From contig NC_090329.1 of NCBI RefSeq assembly GCF_035084215.1, positions 62,372,001 through 62,436,000 on the forward strand: a DNA stretch of 64,000 bases, given 5' to 3'. Positions 52,301-64,000 of the stretch are shown here, piece after piece; positions within the stretch are counted from its first letter, which is position 1, and every line of letters starts with the position of its first letter. Made by a program: the position numbers and the translations under genes. The DNA is from Heptranchias perlo. Lineage: Eukaryota. The notes beneath the pieces were generated by a model. That model did not search any database, was not told where the DNA came from, and worked only from the letters and a program-made list of their open reading frames with translations.

Positions 52301-53440
52301 TGAGTTCAAGTATGAGCAATGATCAAGCAGGAAATGCTTCAGACCAGAAGAGTCATGATCGACGAGGTCAGAACTTCTGGGGTCTGCATGCAGAGAGTCC
52401 AAGTCTGCATGAAGACCCTGAAATCCAAAGTCATCAAGGCGGTCAGAGAGTAGACCAAGGTCAGCAAGGAGGTCTGTGTGGTGATTAAAGAGTAGAACAG
52501 AGTTGGCCTAGATGTTAGTGTACCGGCAGGCCAAGGTAGCAGGGAAACCTCAACACCAACAAAGAAGCAGAAACAGCAGCAGTATGGGAGTTGGGCTAAT
52601 AGAAGCAGGGAGCATTGATCTGAGCAGTTGAGAGGTCTCCCCATCAAAGACAGTGAGAGAGACTATTAATTGCTGAACAGAGGTGTTGACGTAAACAAAA
52701 ACAATCCGTTCAGGATAGACTTCTCCCAAAACTATGGTCTGATTATGCAGCCAGTTATTGGTTACCATTGAAGAGAACAAATGGGCTTTCCCTAGACATA
52801 CAGTTAGTTGAAGCCAACTTTGAAATCACACTTATCTGTCTGCCTACACTCAAAATATATTATTATTGCTCTATATTGATGCAGTGCACTAAAAAAGCAC
52901 TAGGGACCATGCACTTGTGCCAGGTCTCAAACCTAAAATTATTCCCAACTCCTAATGTTTGTCTGACTCCGTCAAGAAGATTAGTGAGATGGAGTGTGGG
53001 CTTTCACTTTTTCACTGAGAAGGGGGTAACTATTGATAACAATATTCCATTTAAAAATTAGTGGCACTAAATGTTTGTGAATATATAATTGGTAGCATTC
53101 TGAATGTACAGGTGGATTGAAGCAGTAGTTTTCGCTGCAGCCTTTACTCCCTTTTGTATAATATTGATCAATGTAATCCATGATAATAAAAACAATTTAG
53201 AATTCAAAGTAGGCCTGACTGCCCAAAATTTTTCTTACTGCTTAGTTTTAAGATTTACAAGCAAGCCCATCTGTTTCATGAGAACAGGCTTCAGTAAATA
53301 TTTTTGAGTTCAATTATGTTAGTTTTCAGTTTCTTAGCCATATCAAAATACTGTGTTTTTAAAATACTTTGTAGTAGGTCAGAGAAAAACATGCCATAGC
53401 CATTTCACAAATTTAATGGGATGTTAGAGCCTGTGGTTAG

Positions 53441-53668
<228 letters not shown>

Positions 53669-54860
53669 TAAGCACCGCAAAGGTATTAGTTGTGTTTTCT
53701 GTGGTGTCATCTGCTTGACGCTACAGTCTTCCAAACATATGAGTAGAGGAAAGCTGCCACTGCACTGTTCCTTAGGGTGCACTCAGGTAGAGACACACAA
53801 ACATGTGCATGAAATTGGTCTGGCAAATTAAAGGACTCAAAATCTGACCTTGTTACTTAAGTTTTGACACCACATGAATTAAAAATGTCATTTTTAGAAT
53901 GACTTACCTGGGGAGGAACACTATTTTTCTTACAGCCGTGAACACTACTGCAATGTACCTCACAGTAGATCAGTTGGGCCTTTTCTTTTAAATGGCTACT
54001 TTTTCTGTTCTTTTTTAGTCCTACTCTTTTTTGTTTAAGTACCACACACTGTAAAACCTCCCAAGTTTCTCATCCTGAACTTTTATATAAAAATATGATT
54101 TTTACCTTCCCTCACTATGTTTTCACTTGGTGTTCTTTTCATCATAATTGTCCTAACTCCCTCTTTCTTACTCTCTTATTCCAACACCATATTCTGCGCA
54201 CTGCACTCACCAGCAGCAAATTTTGTGGCATCATCTAAATTTCTTTCTGAAACTTTTCGACTGTTGCCCCTCAAAATGTACCCAGTATTCGATTTTTACT
54301 ACCCGCTCACCTCTGCAACCATTTTGGTATTCAGTACCACCAACCAGTCCAGAGTCCAACTGGTTCCTCCCCTAATGTTTCCGATCCCTCCATCATTTAA
54401 GTGTTACTCCCCAGCCATCATATTTCTAACTTCACATTTGCCTTCAAAATAACAGGGAAACTAACACAAAAATGTAAAATTGTATTAATACTTCTAGTAT
54501 ACAATTTAAATGCATAATACTACATACAAATTCCATGTTACTTTACACATTATTAAAAAAAAATGCAAGATTTTTACATATGGATACACACTATACGATT
54601 TACATATTTCACTTTTTTTCCCATACCTCTGTATGAAAACCTTCTAATATGTTATTTTATCCCAATAGCTTACATTCATTTAATTTTTTTTATATAACAT
54701 CTATTTTTATTTAAAATGACGCATTCTCCGTCTAATACTTCTACCCTTCTGAAACAACATACCATTTGACTTCCTATGTGCAATGTCACGGGAGATTGAC
54801 TAGGAATATATTTTTAAAAATCTTGTGTCTGTACACACTGCCTGTCAACTTTTTCTAATT

Positions 54861-55552
54861 TAACTTCCTCTGTTCACATTTAAAATGGAAACTGCCTAAT
54901 ATAAACTTGTCGCCCTGTAGTTATAGGAGTGTTATTATAGCGTGAGCAAGTGTACATAGGCAGTTTCCATTATCAATATGGAAATAGGAAGTTATAATGG
55001 ATATAAAAATTGAAGACAGAATGTCTGACTTTATAAAGGGGCTGACTTACATCTGTGTGCTCTGGTCCAATTCTCTCCAGCCTCTATCCCTGCTTCACTT
55101 GAATACTACACCTGGTCTTGACTTCCCATGTGCAACATCATGGTCGATCGACCAGTGTATTTGTATCTGTGTATGTGTGTGTGTTCACTGCAAACTGTTT
55201 CCCCATGCGCATATAATGACCATCAGTGGTCTCATTGTTCAGCTCATGGGGACTGGTTTATTGCAGTTACTATATTCAGTAACTTTGACATATATTGCTG
55301 AAATATATACCCCAATGATGAACTGCTGCTATAGCTGTCAGTAATTTGAATAAACTGGATCATGATGAGCACATGGCTGTTTTGCACTGTGATAGCTTGG
55401 TGCACCATAGCTGCTCATGTTAACACTATAATAGTACAAAACAGCCATTTGCTCATCATGATCCAGATTATTCACATACATTTAATCTAAAGACACAGCT
55501 TGGTACACCATAGCTGCACATATCATCAGCTCTGTGTCTTTAAATTAAATGT
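54861..55552. repeat. Cluster of four hairpins/inverted repeats in CDC5L intron 7
   Basis: Stems at 54861-54994, 55187-55267, 55347-55474, 55478-55552. Confidence 0.75.
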
Positions 55553-57906
55553 CTGTGCATCAGTGTGGCTGTTCGGGTTTAAATGTTGACTTCACTGCTT
55601 GCTGTTGTATGTCTGTGCATCCTGAGTCATTGGCACTAAACCCTTCAGTACTTTTCACAACAATCAGTTTAACAACAATTCAATTGAAAATAGAAGAACA
55701 CATTTGATGGGATCCATAGGTTAGAATGAACCTAAGAATCCATTTATTATCTTGATTCTTAAAAAGTTTGATATTTCTTAACCTGGAAATTGCATTAAAG
55801 TGGCATATCCAGTTTTGAGGAGTAATGTATTTCGTTGGTCTTTTGCTGTGCAGTTTTACTTTCTCTTCACAAATAACTCTCAAATTATCTAATGGACATT
55901 GTCCAATGGTATCAGAAACCCTCCTTTTGTAAAATAAGAACGGAACGAGATTGAGCCCAAAGAACATGTCAATCTGTGATTATACTCTGATTTCTTTTCC
56001 AAGTATTTTAAACATTTGAAGATATGGATAAAGAAGTGAATTTGACATTAGCCACCTGTTATGTGCACAACAGGCTTGGATGTCTCTAATATCCTTTTTT
56101 TAAAAAAAATAACATTGATTATGTGATATGAGGTGGCAGCAATTTGTCCAATTGTAAAATTGCTCTAACTGTATTTTTAATTAAACTTCAGTTCCATCTG
56201 GAACAGAGAATTTAGTTGGGGCAAGTGTTTATCCCTAGTAATATACACACAGATAAATGCCGACTCAGAAGAACACTGTTGTGCACAAGTGTACAACCTG
56301 ACTTGGCAGCTGCTCTTTTGTAAAATTAACTTCGGCTATTTCCTTTCTAATTGCATCTGTTGCTACATTTCAAATTGTATGTGGCAAGTAAAATGCTGAC
56401 CCTAGACAGTCTGGATGGCCTTTGGTTGTCAAAAGGTCAAAAAATAATTTTTAAAACCTGGTTTGCATTCTCTAGTCTTCACTTTGTGATTAGACTGGAG
56501 ACAATCACCCTAACTAGAGATTTTGAAGCTATTACTATCTTTTACGGTCCCTCACATGAAATTCCCATTTTCCCTGAGGCTGCACAACTTAAATAGTTTT
56601 CCTTCTTCAAAATTCATACATCTGATTGTGTGAATTGCACACTTGCAGATATAATTTGATAACTTTTGCATAGCGAACCTTGAAGGATATGTAATGGTGA
56701 CTTTTATCTGTCCTGTGTGACTACTCTTCCTTCCTCTGTCCCCCTTAAGTAACACCATGTGCTGAACAGATGAGGCCACAGTCTTTGTACAAAAAAAAAT
56801 TTCAACCTTCTCATTCTAACAAACTGTTAAGGTCTGTGAAGACCAGGAAATAAATCAAGCCTGAGAAGGTGAACTCCTTATAAGCACCAATTCATTGGTC
56901 TCCATAGCTTGTGTTAGTAATAAGAATTAGCAATAATTATTACTTGAGCTGTTATATTTGCATTACTTGCATTATTTGCATCTTTTCCCCTGTCTACTTA
57001 CCTGTCCAAAGATCCCACTGCAAACACACTTCGTGGCGTCCACCCTACCTACAGACTTTGTTCTAAAGGTGACTCAAGATGTTTAGAAGGTTCTCTATAT
57101 TGTTAAGTCAGAAAGTAAATTCCTCCTTCCAGCTAAAGAAACCTTGAGTTGGCACTCATGGAGTTTTAAACAGTTAGTTATCTCACCAACTTCCTCTACA
57201 AAATCTCCTTGTTGTTGCACCCCCCCCACCAAAGTTTAATGCTGATTATACTTCTCTTTTAATTTCATTGGGTGCTTCCCTTTTCATTTGTACTTATACG
57301 TATGACAATCTTGTAAAACTATTTTTGACTTTGGTATATCTTGTTATCTAAAAACACGTATCTTTCTATCTTTCACCAAACCCAAAAGCAAATGGCAGAA
57401 TCATTACTTGGTTTCTAATGTTTTGTCTGGTGCTGATGAAAATCAATTGAAAACCTTGATAACTAATACCTCCATAGCATAAGGCATGGAAATAAGTGGA
57501 AAAATAGACTTAATTTTAAAAACTAAACTTTTCGTGTATAGTATGTTAGATTTTAGAAACTTCCAGACAATGCACTCAAAAGGTGGTGTTCCTTACAAAT
57601 ATGGTGCCCATACATCACTCATAAGGAGTAGACTCAGTCAGCTAAGACCTGCCCTGACAGACATAGCAAGGATGTGCTCCTCTTTTCAATGCATCACACA
57701 GGTTCATCTTTTCCAGCAGACAAATTGAAGATGTAAGAAATTCTGCAGACAATGTGTACATTATGTAGGGCCTCACATCGAAACAATGACAACACTGAAA
57801 GAACTCTACCTCAATCTATCATTCTGTAAGAATAATGGATATTTCACAGTCTGCAAAAGTAACGTTACACACTAAATAAAATTCTAAAAATTGTGCATGT
57901 ATTTTT

Positions 57907-57911
<5 letters not shown>

Positions 57912-57950
<39 letters not shown>
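57912..57950. repeat. (AC)n microsatellite
   Basis: About 19 AC units. Confidence 0.98.
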
Positions 57951-57954
<4 letters not shown>

Positions 57955-58545
57955 CATGATGAACCTTTATAAAACACTGGTTCGGTCACAACTGGAGTAT
58001 TGTGTCCAGTTCTGGGCACCGCACTTTAGGAAGGATGTGAAGGCCTTAGAAAGGGTGCAGAAGAGATTTACTAGAATGATTCCAGGGATGAGGGACTTTA
58101 GTTACGTGGATTGACTGGAGAAGCTGGGATTGTTCTCCTTGGAACAGAGAAGGTTGAGAGGAGATTTGATAGAGATATTCAAAATTATGAAGGGTCTAGA
58201 CAGATTAGTTAGAGAGAAACTGTTCCCATTGGCGGAAGAGTCAAGAACGAGAGGACATAGATTTAAGTTGATTGGCAAAAGAACCAAAGGAGACATGAGG
58301 AAAAACTTTTTTCCACAGCGAGTGGTTAGGATCTGGAATGCACTGCCAGAGGGGTGGTGGAGGCAGAATCAATCATGGCCTTCAAAAAGGAACTGGATAA
58401 GTACTTGAAAGGAAATAATTTGCAGGGCTACAGGGATAGGACGGGTGAGTGAGACTAGCTGGATTGCTCTTGAATAGAGCAGGCATGGACTCAATGGGCC
58501 AAATGGCCTCCTTCCATGCTGTAACTTTTCTGTGATTCTATGATA
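57951..58545 (+). mobile_element. CR1 3' fragment
   Basis: ORFs 57893..58114 and 58130..58408; ATTCTATG tail. Confidence 0.92.
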
Positions 58546-59130
58546 AGATACCCATAGCCATCCATTTTTTGTTCCTTGTATGTTATTAGAATGTACTGAG
58601 AGTTTAAATGTCGGCAGCTGTTTCTTCTTCATCCCACTCAATACAGGAAATCCCGTGCTTAATAAATCTCATAGCGACTATAGTTACCATTCAACAGAAG
58701 TTCTGAACTACCCACTTGAAGTGGTCCCTGCAGTTTTGTGCATAATAGCTACATAGCTGATTTCCCCCCCCCACTGCTTTGAGGTGTAATCTTTTTTACT
58801 TTCTTCTCACTATATAGCACTACATATCACATCATCTCAATCTGAAGTGGGACTATCTCACTTTCAGTATAATTATCTGTCTTGTATCTTTGATATAAGC
58901 AGCAAATAGTCAGAGAGCTATTGCATATGAATTACCTGACATCATAATGCATTTGTGACTTTGTCACTTTACCATTCTTTGCTAAGTTTCAGGTTGGATA
59001 AATATCATCCAACAGGTTTCAGATGTACACATAATAGTTGTATATTTTTTAATAGGACCTGTAAATGTCATAATACTAATGGAATTGAAGCTCTGTTATC
59101 CAATAAAGAATTATTTGTGTTTCTTTTTAA

Positions 59131-59337
<207 letters not shown>

Positions 59338-59739
59338 TAAGCTGAACTGGTGCAGATTTTGTATTGGAACACATTGTGCATTGTCATTGTATGGAGTCTT
59401 TATGCATATACTTTACCCACAGTACAATTATCACTGTAATGCTCCTGAATTCTTATGGATGGATAAATGCTGTCTGTAACTTTTTCTATTTTTTGGGCGA
59501 GATCCTTGTCTTGGATGAAGTGTGGAGTTCTTTCATTCCCTCATCTGAGTCGTTATGACGTTCACAAAACTCATTATATTGTGTTTTCTGACCTGAAGTT
59601 ACACTATTGCAGCCTAAAGTTTCCGTGGATAATTCATTTTTTTAAAATACAAACAAGTAATTGTAGAAGAGTAGTACCGGCCCTTTTAAATTGATTAGTT
59701 CTGGAGGCTAAGAAACCTTTTGTATTTAAGATTTTTTTC

Positions 59740-60110
59740 CACCAACTTTTATTCTGTCTTCTGAAGCTGTTCCAAGGCCACCAGCAACCTTGGTACCTTG
59801 CCTAAATACTCATTATTCACATGAGAGCCTTGACGGCAGGTGTCACGGGCTACTGGTCTACACAAGGCATCACAGCTGAGTCAGATCCTTTGTCCACACA
59901 TGAGCACTTCCAGCAGGGATCATTGAACCAGTTCAGGACTGGGAACTGTAGCTTATTTTCCTTTCTCTAACCCAGTGGCAATGAGGCCAGTGGTAGCATC
60001 GCTAATGCTGTGCTGGCTGAAATGACCTAACTCAGCACATCTCCGGGATCGAATCTCGGACTTTCCTGGTATTCATGGTTCAGCTTCTCCCTAATAAGCT
60101 CAATGAGCCA
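59740..60110 (-). mobile_element. tRNA-derived SINE
   Basis: Minus strand TGGCTCATTG (A-box-like) ... GATTCGATCCC (B-box-like); related degenerate pieces near 2190, 41540 and 63600-63830. Confidence 0.55.
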
Positions 60111-60219
60111 AATAAAAAAAAATCAAATTTTGCATTTTGACTGGAATGTAGCGAGGCTTATTGGAAGACTACAAGGTAGCAAAACACAGATTAGAGCTCT
60201 GCTTTGCTCTTGTTCTTTT

Positions 60220-61700
60220 TCACTAGAAAAGGGAATAGTGCCAGAGGGCTGGCAGTCAGCTAGTGTTATTCCTATATTTAAAAAGAGAGATAGAACAAGT
60301 CTAGGGAACTATCGACCAGTTAGCTTAATGTCGATGGTAGGAAAGATAACAGAATTTTTGCTCAAAGATGTAATAAAAAGACATCTAGAGAACGAAAATA
60401 AAATAAAGAATGGTCAGCATGGATTTTGGAAGGGACTGTCATGCTTGACCAACCTTATTGAATTCTTTGAAGAAGTAACAGAAAGAGTAGACGAGGGTAA
60501 TGCAGTAGATGCAATATATTTGGATTTTCAAAAGGCCTTCGATAAGGTACCGCATTGTAGACTCATGGCTAAGGTCAGAGCATGTGGAGTCGGGATAGGT
60601 AGCAGAATGGATAGCAAGTTGGCTACAAAACATAAAACAGCGAGTAGGGGTTAAGGATAGCTACTCAGGCTGGCAAAAGCTGGGAAGTGGTGTTCTACAG
60701 GGATCGGTGCTGGGACCACTGTTGTTCACAATTTTCATTAACGATTTGGGAATCTGAAGTACAATTTCAAAATTTGCAGATGACACCAAATTGGGGGGGT
60801 ATAGTTAATACAAAGCAAGAATGCGTCAAAATGCAAGAGGACAATAATAAACTTACAGAATGGGCGTGTATTTGGCAAATGAATTTCAATATAGATAAAT
60901 GTGAGGTGGTGCATTTTGGTGGGAAGAATAAGGAGGCCATATACTGCTTGGATAGTAAGAATCTAAATGGGATAGAGGAGCAAAGGGATCTAGGGGTACA
61001 GATGCACAAATCACTAAAAGTAGCGATGCAGGTTAGTAAGGCCATAAAAAAAAGGCGAATCAAGCACTAGGGTTTATTTCTAAAGGGATAGAATTGAAAA
61101 GCAAAGAAGTTATGTTAAACTTATATAGAATCCTGGTTAGACCACGCTTGTAGTATTGTACACAGTTCTGGTCTCCATATTATAGAAAGGATATAGAGGT
61201 ATTGAAGAGCATGCGAAAAAGATTCACAAGGACGATACCAAAACTGAGATGATATCCTCATCAGGAAAGCTGAACAGGCTCTTTTCTCCAGAAAAGAGAA
61301 GGCTGAGGGGTGACCTGATAGAGGTCTTTACGCTAATTATAGGGTTTGATAGAGTCGATATGGAGAAAATGTCCCCACTTGTCGGGGAATCCAAAACTAG
61401 AGGTTATAAATATAAAACAGTCGCTAATAAACCAAGTAGGGAATTCAGAAGAAACTTCTTTACCCAGAGAGTGGTAAGGATGTGGAAAGTACTACCACAA
61501 GGAATAGTTGAGGCAAATAGCATAGATGCATTTAAGGAGAAGCTAGATAAGCACATGAGGGAGAAAGGAATAGAAAGGTATCCTGATAGGGTTAGATGAA
61601 GTAGGGAGGGAGGAGGCTCGTGTGGAGTATAAACGCCAGCATAGGCTAGTTGGGCTGAATGGCCTGTTTCTGTGCTGTAATTTGGATGTAATTCAATGTT
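60220..61700 (+). mobile_element. CR1 LINE RT fragment
   Basis: ORFs 60103..60654 (NYRPVSL, YLDFQKAFDKVPH), 60687..61070, 61249..61599. Confidence 0.92.
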
Positions 61701-61945
61701 GTACTAATGTAGGGAGGTACTAAGCTCTTTCAAGGGTACGAATTTGAGAGGATTTGACAGGGGTCTATTCTTGTACACCACTGGTGTACTGCTGGCTCAG
61801 AGCAGGATTGGTGGAATGCTAAAAATGGGTTCCTTGGCTGACTTCAGCCATAGTTGAGTGATCTCCGGAGAAAGATGGGGAGCGTGAGCAGAAAAATTAG
61901 ATGGTTGTTAAAGTGCCTTTTTCTATTTTGCACTTCATTGTATAG

Positions 61946-62095
<150 letters not shown>

Positions 62096-62704
62096 TAAAT
62101 GTTTATATGTGTTTTCTTAATACAACAATTTAATATATTTTCAACCAGCTTTGGATTAAAAAGTCAGAATTTTTGTTTTTTTTGGGGGAGGAACTGATAA
62201 AAGATTGATATCTGACTTATTTGCCAAATTTGACTTGTGTAAAGTTTGCTCTATTTTTGAACTTCGTTTTTATTTTCATATTGCACAGTGATATTAATAA
62301 CTTCTAGATTATGTGCAACACAGACCACAGAGCATCTGCGTTGACTCTTGAAAAGAGAAATTACAATCCATCTCCTTGCATCATTATTTATGTTCAGGTC
62401 TTGAAAATTGAGTGGAGAATGATAAACCAGATCATAAGAAGTGTAGATCTGGATAGCATTGTTTCCAGTAAAACATATCCTTTATCTCCTTCCTGCCATG
62501 GTGGAGGGGGCAGAGAAACACCATGTAAGAATAAAGCAAAACAGCATTTCAAATGGAAAGCTGGAGGGGAATGATACCCTCACTATAATAACCAGTAGTC
62601 AGTACATTAATTGGGTTTTTAAGTAGCATCTGCATTGGAAACCCATCACCTTTTCAGCTTTTATTCGATTATTTGAAAGAGAGGAGTTTTTGCAAAGTGA
62701 ATGA

Positions 62705-62962
<258 letters not shown>

Positions 62963-64000
62963 TGATGTACACACAATGACTCATCTGAGCTTAAGTACTT
63001 GCCCTAACTAAAATTCCTCCACATATGCTGCACTTGCATTATGCTGTATAGATAGCAATATTCTAAGCAATTTTTCCCTTCAATTTGTTTTTATTTAGAT
63101 AAGGCTTGTAGTTTTGAGTTGATTTTAATTTGAGGTCAAATACCTTTACTTTAAAAGCTTTCAGTACAGATTGAATGCTAATGCTTTGCAGTGTATTAAA
63201 TGTATTAAAGCAGGAGAGATGTAGAATATTTGTCTAATTAATTAATTACTTCTAACCAGTGAAACTTTTATCACCTGCATTGCTAAATAGTTTGGTTATT
63301 TCTGCTTGCCTTTTTAGTCCTGAGGTAATTAACTTATCCAAAATGAAAGAGAAAGCCTGACTTGATTTATATTATGTAAAGTACATTTAATCTATTGGTC
63401 CAAAATTTCACTGCCTTCTGTTACACTGTTACAAAAAGGACATATAAACAGTAAGAGAAATCTTTGCAGAGATTTTGTACTGAACTATTTTCACCGTTAT
63501 TTAGTCTGTTGATTTAGCAGGTTTTTAAAAAAAATGTCATTCATTGTCGTCACTAGCAGATAATCCAGCCAATGTGTAGGTACAGTATTGTAGATCATCT
63601 GAAGAGCCTTTTTTTTGTTTTGTCAATTTTCTCTCCTTTTTCTCCCCTTCTCTTGTGAAGATGTCTGCTGCTGTTTGGGTAAGGATCCATGGTTATTGTT
63701 CATCCCTTGATATCTCACCCAAGTGTCCTTTCTTTGTATGTAACTCTTGATGGTGAGCATGGCCAGGCTTTTTGACCAGAGGGAAGGCACCACAGCCCAC
63801 CCTGATCTACTTTCTGGCAGGAGTCACCAGTAATGGCGTGTATGGTAGCATAGTGGTTATGTTTTTGTTTTCATTCTCGAGATGTGTGTGTTGCTGGCAA
63901 GGTTAGTGTTAATTGCCCAGCCCTAGTTGCTCTTAAGAATGTGGTGTTGAGCCTTCTTGTTAAACTGGACTAGTAATCCAGAGAGTGTGAAAATAAAAAA

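Overview
Vertebrate genomic DNA, very probably from a cartilaginous fish (inferred from the CR1, DeuSINE, Penelope and Harbinger repeat landscape). It holds two divergently transcribed protein-coding genes. (1) CDC5L on the + strand: coding exons 1-10 (21246..62908, 1404 nt, 468 codons, all GT-AG, frame intact); the gene continues past the window. (2) A spliced gene on the - strand (ATG 11283, stop 406) encoding a THAP11/Ronin-like THAP zinc finger and a C-terminal coiled coil, with a ZNF143/THAP11-type ACTACAnnTCCCA motif in its own CpG-rich promoter. Most of the rest is transposon-derived, often nested: CR1, L2, RTE and Tx1 LINEs, SINEs, PIF/Harbinger remnants, a TTAA-flanked MITE and Penelope-type termini. 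The most unusual signals are the THAP11-like paralog with a possible autoregulatory site, a 128-bp duplication of the CDC5L exon-4 donor that creates a candidate poison exon, an intronic array of hairpins two of which share a loop sequence, and a minimal hammerhead ribozyme. Repeat boundaries are approximate. Comparisons to human proteins are from memory, not from a database search.
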